Below, piece after piece: positions 26,291-35,959 of a stretch of DNA of 48,037 nt. Source of the DNA: Lacibacter sp. (lineage in GTDB: Bacteria; Bacteroidota; Bacteroidia; Chitinophagales; Chitinophagaceae). Each line of letters starts with the position of its first letter. Within the stretch, counting starts at the first letter, position 1. Location of the stretch: contig DAIOWB010000001.1 of NCBI GenBank assembly GCA_036758725.1, positions 1 through 48,037 on the forward strand, given 5' to 3'. The translations under genes and the position numbers were made by a program. The notes beneath the pieces are model-generated. The model was not told the DNA's origin. It searched no databases and saw only the letters and a program-made list of their open reading frames with translations.

Positions 26291-28084
26291 TTACTCATCA
26301 AGCTTTAAAACTGCCAGGAAAGCTTCCTGTGGAATTTCCACATTACCAATTTGTCTCATCCGTTTCTTACCCTCTTTCTGCTTTTCAAGGAGTTTTCGTT
26401 TACGGCTGATATCTCCACCATAACATTTGGCAGTAACATCTTTACGCATGGCACTGATTGTTTCACGGGCCACCACCTTTGCTCCTATAGCAGCTTGTAT
26501 GGCTATCTGGAACTGCTGACGGGGTACTAATTCTTTCAATTTCTCACACAACTTTCTTCCAAATTCCTGGCCACGGCTACGGTGAATTAAGGCACTTAAG
26601 GCATCAACCTTATCACCGTTTAATAAGATATCCATCTTCACAATATCTGCATCACGGTAACCAATGGGATGATAGTCAAACGACGCATAACCACGGGTTT
26701 GTGATTTCAACTTATCGTAAAAATCAAACACAATTTCTGTTAATGGCATTTCAAAAATAAGCTCCACACGTGTGGGTGTGAGATAACTTTGGTTAATGAG
26801 AATACCACGTTTGCCCAAACAAAGCGTCATGATATTTCCAATATAATCGGGCTTTGAAATGATTTGTGCTTTAATAAAAGGTTCTTCAATCCTGTCCATA
26901 GCCGTAGGATCGGGCATTTGTGCCGGATTGTTTACCAGTATTTTTTCTCCTCTTGTGGTGTAGGCAATGAAACTTACGTTCGGAACTGTGGTAATAACCG
27001 TTTGGTTATACTCTCTTTCCAAACGTTCCTGAATAATTTCCATGTGCAGCAATCCTAAAAAGCCGCAACGGAAACCAAAACCAAGTGCCTGCGATGTTTC
27101 CAGTTCAAAAGTTAAGGAAGCATCGTTCAACTGTAGCTTATCCATACAATCACGGAGTTCTTCAAAATCTTCTGTAGCAACAGGGAAAATGCCGGCAAAT
27201 ACCATCGGTTTCACTTCCTGGAAACCCTGAATGGGTTCCTGTGTAGGATTAGCAGCCAATGTAATGGTATCACCCACTTTTACTTCTTTCGCATTTTTTA
27301 CTCCGGTAATAATGTAACCCACATCGCCACAAGTCACTTCTTTTTTCTCGGTCATCTTCAGTTTTAAAATACCAACTTCTGTTGCTTCATATTCCTGGCC
27401 CGTGCTTACAAACTTTACTTTATCGCCCTTTCTGATTCGGCCATTCCTTATTCGATAGTAAACAATTACTCCACGAAAACTATTGAATACACTGTCAAAA
27501 ATCAATGCCTGTAAAGGTTCATCGGGCTTGCCTGTTGGTGCAGGTATACGTTCAACAATGGCTTCCAGAATTTCTTCAATTCCAATACCTGCCCTTCCGC
27601 TTGCTAATAGAATTTCTTCAGGTTTACATCCAATTAATTCTACAATTTGATCTTTTACTTCCTCAATCATAGCGCCATCCATATCAATTTTGTTGATCAC
27701 GGGAATGATCTCAAGATTGTTATCTATCGCTAAATACAAATTTGAAATAGTTTGTGCCTGTATGCCTTGTGCAGCATCAACCAGTAATAAAGCGCCTTCA
27801 CAGGCTGCCAAAGCACGGCTTACTTCGTAACTGAAATCAACATGGCCGGGCGTATCAATGAGGTTTAAAATATATTCCTGACCGTTTTTGTGTTTATAAT
27901 TAATCTGAATGGCATGGCTCTTTATGGTGATGCCTTTTTCTCTTTCCAGGTCCATATCGTCCAAAACCTGGTCCATCATATCACGGTCGCTGATGGTGCC
28001 GGTGGTTTGTAATAAACGATCTGCCAGGGTACTTTTTCCGTGGTCAATATGGGCAATGATGCAAAAATTTCTGATATTCTTCAT
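26291..28084 (-). CDS. lepA: Translation elongation factor 4
   Basis: [76 protein letters not shown]. Confidence 0.99.
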   Translation of the reverse strand: MKNIRNFCIIAHIDHGKSTLADRLLQTTGTISDRDMMDQVLDDMDLEREKGITIKSHAIQINYKHKNGQEYILNLIDTPGHVDFSYEVSRALAACEGALLLVDAAQGIQAQTISNLYLAIDNNLEIIPVINKIDMDGAMIEEVKDQIVELIGCKPEEILLASGRAGIGIEEILEAIVERIPAPTGKPDEPLQALIFDSVFNSFRGVIVYYRIRNGRIRKGDKVKFVSTGQEYEATEVGILKLKMTEKKEVTCGDVGYIITGVKNAKEVKVGDTITLAANPTQEPIQGFQEVKPMVFAGIFPVATEDFEELRDCMDKLQLNDASLTFELETSQALGFGFRCGFLGLLHMEIIQERLEREYNQTVITTVPNVSFIAYTTRGEKILVNNPAQMPDPTAMDRIEEPFIKAQIISKPDYIGNIMTLCLGKRGILINQSYLTPTRVELIFEMPLTEIVFDFYDKLKSQTRGYASFDYHPIGYRDADIVKMDILLNGDKVDALSALIHRSRGQEFGRKLCEKLKELVPRQQFQIAIQAAIGAKVVARETISAMRKDVTAKCYGGDISRKRKLLEKQKEGKKRMRQIGNVEIPQEAFLAVLKLDE

Positions 28085-28111
28085 GTACTATTTCCTCTTT
28101 TTCAAGAGGCG

Positions 28112-28119
28112 CAAAGGTA
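28112..28119 (-). promoter_or_regulatory. -7 promoter element of lepA
   Basis: Minus strand TACCTTTG matches TAnnTTTG, 27 bp before the ATG. Confidence 0.65.
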
Positions 28120-28549
28120 ACGAAAAACAGCGTGTGGAAATCAATGAAAGAGCTTTGGGGAAAAAGGCAGGAAAGACGATTTTGTTACCAGCTTTTGAAG
28201 CAATGGGCAAAGGTTGTTGCCACGCTCGGTTCTCAGTTCCGTTTTCATAGCGGCAAATTACCTGAACCTTGATTTTTATGCTAAATTAATTTAATAAGAT
28301 TGGCGTATAACTTTTCATCCAGTTTCAATTATACATTTCGTACAACATTTAAAGCTACGTACTAAGCTCTGAATGCAGTCTCATTAATGGTGTAGAAACG
28401 TTGATAAAAATTATATCAATGCCATAATAATTTTCAAAACATTTAAGAGCGGACTAAATTATATGAAGCTTTAAAATATCTTTCCATTTCATATTGCAAA
28501 ATGGCTCTATTTTCAAGAAATAAATTATCTTTCTGCACAAACTTGCCAA

Positions 28550-28885
28550 ATGGAACCACTTAATCTACAGGATTGCCTTCATAAAGTAATGATCTTAAAA
28601 AAAGATGGATTAAGTATGGAGCAGATAAAAGAAAAACTCCTCCAATCAGGTGTTCCTGTAATCGTTGCAGAAGAAACAATTAAAGAATGGGAAAAAGTAC
28701 ATAATGAAAAAAAGAGAAACGCTGCTTTTGTTTATTGTGGAATTGGCATCCTGTTATTAACAACCGGATTTTTATTTACACTCTTACTTTTTAACAGCAG
28801 TGGCCCTTATCATTTTGCATTATATGGCTTAACTATTTTAGGGCTTATTCTTGTCTTTAAAGGCATGATCGATTTAATGAGCTAA
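28550..28885 (+). CDS. Hypothetical membrane protein (soluble N-domain + 2 C-terminal TM helices)
   Basis: 111 aa with G.S.EQIKE.L helical N-terminus and two hydrophobic segments. Confidence 0.75.
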   Translation: MEPLNLQDCLHKVMILKKDGLSMEQIKEKLLQSGVPVIVAEETIKEWEKVHNEKKRNAAFVYCGIGILLLTTGFLFTLLLFNSSGPYHFALYGLTILGLILVFKGMIDLMS

Positions 28886-28995
28886 GCATTCAACCCTATT
28901 AATTCACAAGCTTTTCTACTCTCCTGCTCAAAATTTTTAGCAAAATCAAAAGTTTTAATATTGTAACTCAGAATATCTGACATTCAATTTCAGAA

Positions 28996-29817
28996 ATGGA
29001 AATGGGAAATAACTATGCTATAAATAAAGCAAAAGAGCAGGATGCACAATCATTAGTTTCGCTGCTGAACAGTGCTTACAGAGGCGAATCTGCAAAGCAA
29101 GGCTGGACGAATGAAGCCGGTCTTATCACTGGTGAAGTACGTACCAATGAAGAAAATATCATACAACTCATTAATCAACCTGTCAGTGTTTTTTTAACCT
29201 GTACTAATAATCAAAAACAGATTATTGGTTGTGTAAACCTGCAAAAACATGAAAACAAACTTTACCTTGGCATGCTGGCAGTTTCACCGCTTTTACAAGG
29301 TGCAGGTATAGGCAAAATTCTTTTACTGGCAGCTGAAGAGCATGCAAGAGCTATAGATTGTGATACAATTTACATGACTGTTATTTCGGTTCGTAAAGAA
29401 TTGATTGATTGGTATAAACGACATGGTTACGCAGATACAGGCATAAGAAAACCGTTTCCGGAAGATGATATTACAGGAAAACATTTACAGGAATTGGAGT
29501 TTGCAGTTTTAGAAAAGAGTTTAAAAGGATTCCCTTATTTTCGCCAAAACTTACAGTTTATGGATTTACAGCAACAGTTTGAAGCAGCAATTGCTGAAAG
29601 CAAAAGCCTGTCAGAAAAACCCAGTAACGATACTTTATTACAACTTTATTCTTTATACAAACAGGGAAGTGAAGGCGATGTTAACATAGATCCGCCAGCA
29701 AATCCCTTTGACTTTGTAGCCAAAGCAAAATATGAAGCCTGGTTAGCACTTAAAGGGAAATCAAAAGAAGATGCAATAAAAGAATACATCGATTTGGTTT
29801 CAAAACTGAAAGTTTAA
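28996..29817 (+). CDS. GNAT N-acetyltransferase fused in frame to an acyl-CoA-binding protein (ACBP) domain
   Basis: aa 1-176: LNSAYRG...GWT.E, LGMLAVSP.LQGAGIGK, WYKRHGY. From Met189 (ATG 29560): F..A...K.L..KP.ND.LL.LYSLYKQ...GD, AKYEAW, YIDLV (ACBP). Confidence 0.85.
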   Translation: MEMGNNYAINKAKEQDAQSLVSLLNSAYRGESAKQGWTNEAGLITGEVRTNEENIIQLINQPVSVFLTCTNNQKQIIGCVNLQKHENKLYLGMLAVSPLLQGAGIGKILLLAAEEHARAIDCDTIYMTVISVRKELIDWYKRHGYADTGIRKPFPEDDITGKHLQELEFAVLEKSLKGFPYFRQNLQFMDLQQQFEAAIAESKSLSEKPSNDTLLQLYSLYKQGSEGDVNIDPPANPFDFVAKAKYEAWLALKGKSKEDAIKEYIDLVSKLKV

Positions 29818-30977
29818 TTTCTTTTCAAAACTTCCTTATACATCTGTATGATTTCTTTACCAATGAAATCATAATTAAACATGGCAGAAGCTGATGTACT
29901 GATCATCTGTTTATTAAAACGATCAGGATTCAGAAGATAAGTAAGCATTGCATTTGCAAGTTGATCAATATTTTCATTTTCAACCAGAATTCCATTGCTG
30001 TTATTAATAAGTTCAGAAATTCCTCCAACATTTGAAGAAATAACCGGCAGCCCGCAACATAAAGCTTCATTCACCACACAAGGAAGGTTTTCATATTTAC
30101 TGAAATGTATCAATACATCTGCCCGTTGCATTTCTTTTGCTACTTCACTATAAAGAAGTGCTCCATTCCATGCAATTTGTTTACTCAACCCCAAATCAAA
30201 AGATAGTTTGAGATTTTCTTTTGAAGCAGGTCCGATAAAACTCATTTCCCACTCCGTATTTTTCTTATTTAAAATAGCTAATGCCCTTAATATTCCATTC
30301 ACATTTTTTAATGGATGCATCATGGATACATGAATAAAACGCTTTTTTTTATTTGAAATCTGAACAGGGTAAAACAAACTAATATCAACTACATTTCTTA
30401 TGAGTTTACTTTGTTTGATTGTAAACAATTCACTCAACCTGTGTAATAACCAATTTGATACGGAACTTACAACTTCTGCCTGTTGCATTGTTTGTTTGGT
30501 TATAAACTTAAAATAGTTGTTGCGGCTAAAATAATTTTCCGGTATCGATTCAAAATATGCAGAACTGTGTTCTGTTACTACAAAAGGAATATTGTATTTT
30601 TTTTTAAGCCATAAAGCTGTTACACCCGCTTTTACCGGAACATGAATATGTACAATATCCGGTTTTCCATTTTGCAAAAAATATTCAGCTAATACATTTT
30701 TAAATAAAGCATTATACCTGTTATTAAAAATTATCCTCTGAAGGAGTTTAATTTTTATGAATGTGTGAGGTAAAAAATAAATTTTTGATTTTATATTTCG
30801 TTCTTGCTTTTCTTCAACCCTCAAATTTTCATTTTTAAGCAAATGAATATTCTGTACAATATGTATTACATCTACAGGTTGATGTAATGCCAATGCCCTG
30901 GCCTGCCGTTCAATAAAATCACCGTCAAACGTATCTTTTTCATTGGGATACCAGCTGCAAAGCCACAACACTTTCAT
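29814..30977 (-). CDS. Glycosyltransferase family 4 (GT-B)
   Basis: SWYP, PDIVHIH, PFVVTEH, KNV, ENLPCVVNEALCCGLPVISSNVGGISE (E-X7-E). Confidence 0.92.
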   Translation of the reverse strand: MKVLWLCSWYPNEKDTFDGDFIERQARALALHQPVDVIHIVQNIHLLKNENLRVEEKQERNIKSKIYFLPHTFIKIKLLQRIIFNNRYNALFKNVLAEYFLQNGKPDIVHIHVPVKAGVTALWLKKKYNIPFVVTEHSSAYFESIPENYFSRNNYFKFITKQTMQQAEVVSSVSNWLLHRLSELFTIKQSKLIRNVVDISLFYPVQISNKKKRFIHVSMMHPLKNVNGILRALAILNKKNTEWEMSFIGPASKENLKLSFDLGLSKQIAWNGALLYSEVAKEMQRADVLIHFSKYENLPCVVNEALCCGLPVISSNVGGISELINNSNGILVENENIDQLANAMLTYLLNPDRFNKQMISTSASAMFNYDFIGKEIIQMYKEVLKRN

Positions 30978-32293
30978 ATGGTATCTTTTTTAGGTGAAAA
31001 CATATTTTCAACAGCAATTGAATAAAAGGTTTGCCAGTCTTTCCGTTTAAAGATCAAAAAATCTGAAACCTTACTTTTGTATTCACGAATATGAGCAATC
31101 ATCATATAACTCATGTAACTGATGTATCCGATACTGCTTACAACAGCTGCTCCTTTAATACCATAAAGTGGAATAAAGATTAAGTCACCTGAAATAATGA
31201 TTGTTAAAGCAATTACACTGCCCCAGAAATTTACACTCAATACTTTTTTTCCACCGTAATAGGCAGTTAGTAAATGGGTAACTGAATAAGAAAGTATTGC
31301 TGGCACAAGCAATATAAAGGGGACATACATTTTATTAAATGTATTTCCAAATACAAACGGAAATAACCAAAAACCAACAGCAACTAACAATGCACAGGAA
31401 ATTCCATATAAAAGGATCAGGGTTCTGGAAAGCAATTGCATTTTTACATTCATTTCTTCTTTTCTGCCAGAAGCTGTCATTGGAAAAACTACCGAAGCAA
31501 GAATTGCCGGTATAATAAAAAAGAATTGTGCAAGTTTACATGCCTGAATATAATTACCCAGATCAGCATCAGAGCAATACTTGTTTACAAACCAATAGTC
31601 TACCCTGTACATTAAAAAAGTCATTGTGTTCGTAACCACAGCAATAAATGCAAAAGAAAAAAATGGTTTTACCAGTTCTTTAGGAATAAAACTGAATTCT
31701 TTCCATTTAACATGTTTGAAAATAAAAGCAATGGCTATTAAAGTACCCTGAGCAAGAAACCCTCCAAAATAGAGATTGATGTATTGGTTACTGGTTAACA
31801 TTTGCTGAACCAAACTGTTGTTTGGAACCAGAATCATTAATAAAATATTTATAATTACAAGTAAAATATTGGGTAAAACAAAATCAAGCTTAGCATAAAA
31901 AAGTGCAATGAAAAAAGTAATGAGAAGATTTCCGGCAATGAAAGCGTTTGCAGAAAACTGAAATTCATTCTTTTCAAAAAGATGAAAGTCAGTATTGGAG
32001 AACGAAAGAATTCCCATATAAACAAAGATCATTATAAATGCAATCCAGATTAACGACCATCCTGTCAGTTGGGCTTCGTTCATTTTGTTTTGAGATAAAT
32101 AATATCCCATGGGTGCTTCCATACATAAGCTTGCAATCATTACTGCAAGAGCAAAAATGTTAATGATATAAAATATCTGGCCACTTCCGGCAGCTTCAAA
32201 ATGCCTGGCAACCAGGATATTTAATATAAGTACAGAAAGAAAATAAATACCCCGCCAGAAGATACTTGCAGTTAAAGCTTTTGCTAATTTCAT
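30974..32293 (-). CDS. Wzx-like oligosaccharide flippase (MOP superfamily)
   Basis: About 12 TM helices, YRVDYW, LGNY..A, IP.YGIKGAA.VSS. 4-bp overlap with GT4 gene. Own -7 element TATATTTG at 32302-32309. Confidence 0.85.
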   Translation of the reverse strand: MKLAKALTASIFWRGIYFLSVLILNILVARHFEAAGSGQIFYIINIFALAVMIASLCMEAPMGYYLSQNKMNEAQLTGWSLIWIAFIMIFVYMGILSFSNTDFHLFEKNEFQFSANAFIAGNLLITFFIALFYAKLDFVLPNILLVIINILLMILVPNNSLVQQMLTSNQYINLYFGGFLAQGTLIAIAFIFKHVKWKEFSFIPKELVKPFFSFAFIAVVTNTMTFLMYRVDYWFVNKYCSDADLGNYIQACKLAQFFFIIPAILASVVFPMTASGRKEEMNVKMQLLSRTLILLYGISCALLVAVGFWLFPFVFGNTFNKMYVPFILLVPAILSYSVTHLLTAYYGGKKVLSVNFWGSVIALTIIISGDLIFIPLYGIKGAAVVSSIGYISYMSYMMIAHIREYKSKVSDFLIFKRKDWQTFYSIAVENMFSPKKDTI

Positions 32294-32338
32294 GCGATTC
32301 TCAAATATAAACTGAACAGGTTAGTTTTAAAATATTAT

Positions 32339-33907
32339 TTATAAAACAGCATCAATAACTGTAAAGTTCGCTTCAGTGTTAATAGTATGAAATGCTTTAA
32401 AAGGAATATTTAAACCGGGCTTAAATTCTTTAACAAGTTTCTCCCGGTAATCATATTCAGTTAGTATTTCAATTTCATTAATACAAATTCCAAACCCATA
32501 TTGAAAAGATGCATTGTTTTGTGCAGGTCTGTATAGCTTTCCGTTATGTTCAAATACTTTTCCTGCAGGCCGGCAATTAGCAATATTTGTTGCGACAGGG
32601 TTTTGCGGATGTGGTTTCCATTCTGTTGCCAGTAAATCATCAGCATAATAAATAAAGAGCTGATCATTTGTGCTTGTATTTAAGTTCAGTTGACTGGTAC
32701 CAAATAACCAGCATTTCTGATTATGAAATAAAAGTGTAGCATCAATCAATTCAATATTTGTCATTAAATTTTTAACAAAAACCCATTTATCAGGAAAATC
32801 AACTGCTTTATACAATTGTACGTTTTTTACTGAAGCCGTTTCAGGTATCATCCAGACTTCATCCATCCATTCAAATACAAAAGGATAAGAAAGATGATAT
32901 TCTTTTTCAAGAATTATTTTTTTTGATTGAATATTTCCATTCTGGTCAATTGTAAAAACAGAAAGATGCCCTTTGCCCTTTTCATCAGCATATTCTTCAA
33001 AGAAAATATATACCTGATTATTTTTTTTCAGGATAAAAGGGTCTGCATAAAATGTTTTTGCAGGCAATTGAATTGGAGTAAAATCAGAAAAATCTGAATT
33101 AAAGATATCATAGGGTTGAGTTGAGTAAAGAATTGTAAATCGTTTTTCAGCAAGTTTAACTCTGATTTTATAAAATATATACCTGAAAATATTTCTGATA
33201 TATAAAAAAAGCATTTGCCAATTTCCGGGAATACTAAGTTGTTTAATATCTGTGTGCTTGTTTTGTTGATAGTGTTCAAAAAAATGTTGATTGCCGTTTT
33301 TAACTAATTCATCTAACCTCAGTGCCAAAAAGCTAGCCGATTTCCATGCAACAGAATTGTAAGTATTCTTAACAGAAAACGGAACGGCTTGTGTGCTGCA
33401 TTGATATGCCAGAACAGGTTGTTTCTCTTTTTGATGTACAATCATAGCTGATCCAATAACTGACGAATTATTCATTACTTCCCAGAATGCAGGTAAATCA
33501 CTTTGCTGGTAAGTATCTTCTCCAAACACAATTTCCCATAATCCGTTTTTTGCATAAGCAATATGATGATTATTGAATTTAACCCGCTTGCTTTTATAAA
33601 TGATATCAAGATTTAAATCATTCATGGAGTCACTTACTGATCTGTATTTTATTTTATGATTATTAAATACCTTTCTGATATTAATAAGCTTTGATGCATC
33701 TTCAACTTTTTTAAACCACAAATTCTCAAATTGAATAAATTGTTTTACCAGGAAAGGCTTTTTGGTTTCAACTATTAGTTCAGAAACAATAAAATAAATT
33801 TCTTCACAAATATTTTTTTCAATCACATTCTCAATCAAAAGAACTTCCCATGATTCTAAACAATAATCAGGAGGAATTAAAATGCCAATCGTTAATTTTT
33901 GCTTCAT
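32339..33907 (-). CDS. Protein with degenerate formyltransferase-like N-region and C-terminal GINT1-N/GH43-like beta-propeller
   Basis: C-terminal FYADPF, YIFFEE, HLSYPF, WMIPET, IDAT, W.PHP.NPV, RPAG, RPAQ, YG, HT motifs. N-terminal G.W....PAFWEV....IGS. Confidence 0.65.
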   Translation of the reverse strand: MKQKLTIGILIPPDYCLESWEVLLIENVIEKNICEEIYFIVSELIVETKKPFLVKQFIQFENLWFKKVEDASKLINIRKVFNNHKIKYRSVSDSMNDLNLDIIYKSKRVKFNNHHIAYAKNGLWEIVFGEDTYQQSDLPAFWEVMNNSSVIGSAMIVHQKEKQPVLAYQCSTQAVPFSVKNTYNSVAWKSASFLALRLDELVKNGNQHFFEHYQQNKHTDIKQLSIPGNWQMLFLYIRNIFRYIFYKIRVKLAEKRFTILYSTQPYDIFNSDFSDFTPIQLPAKTFYADPFILKKNNQVYIFFEEYADEKGKGHLSVFTIDQNGNIQSKKIILEKEYHLSYPFVFEWMDEVWMIPETASVKNVQLYKAVDFPDKWVFVKNLMTNIELIDATLLFHNQKCWLFGTSQLNLNTSTNDQLFIYYADDLLATEWKPHPQNPVATNIANCRPAGKVFEHNGKLYRPAQNNASFQYGFGICINEIEILTEYDYREKLVKEFKPGLNIPFKAFHTINTEANFTVIDAVL

Positions 33908-33915
33908 ATTTAAAT

Positions 33916-34863
33916 TTACCAGGTGTCAAAATCAGCGCCCGTCCATATCATGCTTTTAAAATTAAGTTCGGGATTAAATACCTGGTAACATGCAGCATCT
34001 TTTGAAAAAGCTTTAAACTCTTTGAAGGATTCAGGTAATGGTATATTTTCATTCAGGTTAAATACAATGCTGTTATAACCCAGTTTGAAAGCCAGTTTTT
34101 TTAATTTTTGAATAACAGTAACCGTTACTTTTTCATAATGATCTATATCTCCTATCCAGATAACATCTGCAAGTTTAATCCAGAATATTACCTCATCAAT
34201 TTTAATAAAAAGTTTATTTGTACCCGATTTGTAATTAATATGTGCACTGTTTCGATAAACCCTTGGAACTTCGATTAAAAGTTGATTTGTAAATTCTGCC
34301 GGAGGATCTACCACTAACTTTTTCAATACCCATTTAGCATAGATCAGATATTTTTCAAAAAGAAAATTACTTTTCAAAGCAATCTTTGGAAGTGGGAAGG
34401 TTTTAATTTTCAGTTTCAGATCATATCGGATAATATCCTCAAGGTGAACCCATTTTGAGGAATGAACCAGGCCATGATAAGAATATTTATTGGGTGAACT
34501 GTAAAGGAGTTCCATTCCCTGTTCACGACTCAACGAACAGGTAAATCCTGATAGCTTAGTAAACAACCCTCTCTTTCTATGTTTGCTGTGTGTCATAACA
34601 TCTGCGTTTTGTGCAGCCAGCAAAATTCTTCCCTTATTAATAATTTTTAAAGGTAGAACTCCAAAATGGGCAGCAGGCTCACCGCTTTCTGCATCTAGGG
34701 CAATAAATCCAATCTGGGGAGCTCCAAGTGCTGTTGTATTATATCTTCTTTCAATCTCACCAAGTGGTATATGTTGAAGAAAAGCATTTAAAAACAATTG
34801 TTGTAAAAATGGATAGTGCTTTTTGGAAACCTGCTCAAAGATATAATTATGATGATCACTCAT
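33916..34863 (-). CDS. GNAT family N-acetyltransferase
   Basis: AAQNADVMTHSKHRKRGLF (motif A), PNKYSYHG, C-terminal GADFDTW. Confidence 0.8.
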   Translation of the reverse strand: MSDHHNYIFEQVSKKHYPFLQQLFLNAFLQHIPLGEIERRYNTTALGAPQIGFIALDAESGEPAAHFGVLPLKIINKGRILLAAQNADVMTHSKHRKRGLFTKLSGFTCSLSREQGMELLYSSPNKYSYHGLVHSSKWVHLEDIIRYDLKLKIKTFPLPKIALKSNFLFEKYLIYAKWVLKKLVVDPPAEFTNQLLIEVPRVYRNSAHINYKSGTNKLFIKIDEVIFWIKLADVIWIGDIDHYEKVTVTVIQKLKKLAFKLGYNSIVFNLNENIPLPESFKEFKAFSKDAACYQVFNPELNFKSMIWTGADFDTW

Positions 34864-34984
34864 TTGTTTGCATCATTTATTAAAATAATTACAAATATTC
34901 ACAGCTCTCAAAATAAGCATTTTTAAGCTTCGCTACTTTAATAACAATCAATGTTTTTTTATAGATTTACAGATATTAATCATT

Positions 34985-35959
34985 ATGGCAGACATATACC
35001 GTTTAAACCGTAAAGCAAAGGAAGACAGAGAAACGGGGTTAAGTGTAGATAGCAAGCAAAGTGGAGATCGTTTTTTCAAAAAAGATGGTAAACCCAACGT
35101 TCATTTCTCCGGGCTACCTGTATACAAACAATTCAGCGTGTATCAATATATGTTGAATATTCAAGGCTGGAAATTTCTGTCGTTTATTATTGCAGCCTAC
35201 GTTGTTGTGAATGTTTTTTTTGCTACTATTTATTTTCTGATTGGAGTTGATCAGTTAGGAGGAATGGAGCAACAAACTGCTCAAGGTAAATTCTGGGAAG
35301 CTTTTTTCTTTAGTGCCCAAACGCTGTCAACAGTTGGATATGGACATGTTTATCCGCTTGCTCCGGTTTCAAATTCAGTAGCAGCACTTGAATCTTTACT
35401 GGGCTTGCTCATGTTTGCATTAGCAACAGGTTTATTGTATGGGCGCTTTTCCAAACCAAAAGCCTATATCATTTTTAGTAAGAATGCATTGTTTGCTCCT
35501 TTTAAAAGTGGCAATGCGTTAATGTTTCGGTTTGCACCTTATAAAAATCACTTTCTAACAGATGTTGAAGTAAAAGTTACACTGGCGTTGAAACTCTTAA
35601 ATGAAAATAACGAACGCAAAAATACTTTCTACAGTTTAAACCTGGATTTGGCAAAGGCAAATTCATTAGCATCAAACTGGACGATTGTTCATCCGATTAC
35701 TGAAGAAAGTCCGTTTTTCAATTTAACAAAAAATGATATTAATGAATCACAGGCAGAATTACTAGTATTTGTAAAAGGGTATGATGAAGAATATGCCAAT
35801 TCAGTTGTTAGCAGAAGTTCGTATACTGCTGATGAATTTATTTATGGTGCAAAATTTGACATGATGTATGAACCCAGTGAAGATAAAAGCACAACCATTC
35901 TTCATTTAGATAAAATTGACAGTTATCATTCAGAAGACTTACCTGTAAAAATTGATTAA
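34985..35959 (+). CDS. Inward-rectifier potassium channel (KirBac family)
   Basis: FFFSAQTLSTVGYG selectivity filter, two TM helices, GRFSKP, LMFR, WTIVHPI.E.SP. Confidence 0.93.
   Translation: MADIYRLNRKAKEDRETGLSVDSKQSGDRFFKKDGKPNVHFSGLPVYKQFSVYQYMLNIQGWKFLSFIIAAYVVVNVFFATIYFLIGVDQLGGMEQQTAQGKFWEAFFFSAQTLSTVGYGHVYPLAPVSNSVAALESLLGLLMFALATGLLYGRFSKPKAYIIFSKNALFAPFKSGNALMFRFAPYKNHFLTDVEVKVTLALKLLNENNERKNTFYSLNLDLAKANSLASNWTIVHPITEESPFFNLTKNDINESQAELLVFVKGYDEEYANSVVSRSSYTADEFIYGAKFDMMYEPSEDKSTTILHLDKIDSYHSEDLPVKID

Noticed and set aside
27909..28250. 113-aa plus-strand ORF overlapping the lepA start
   Set aside because: Antisense shadow of conserved lepA codons.
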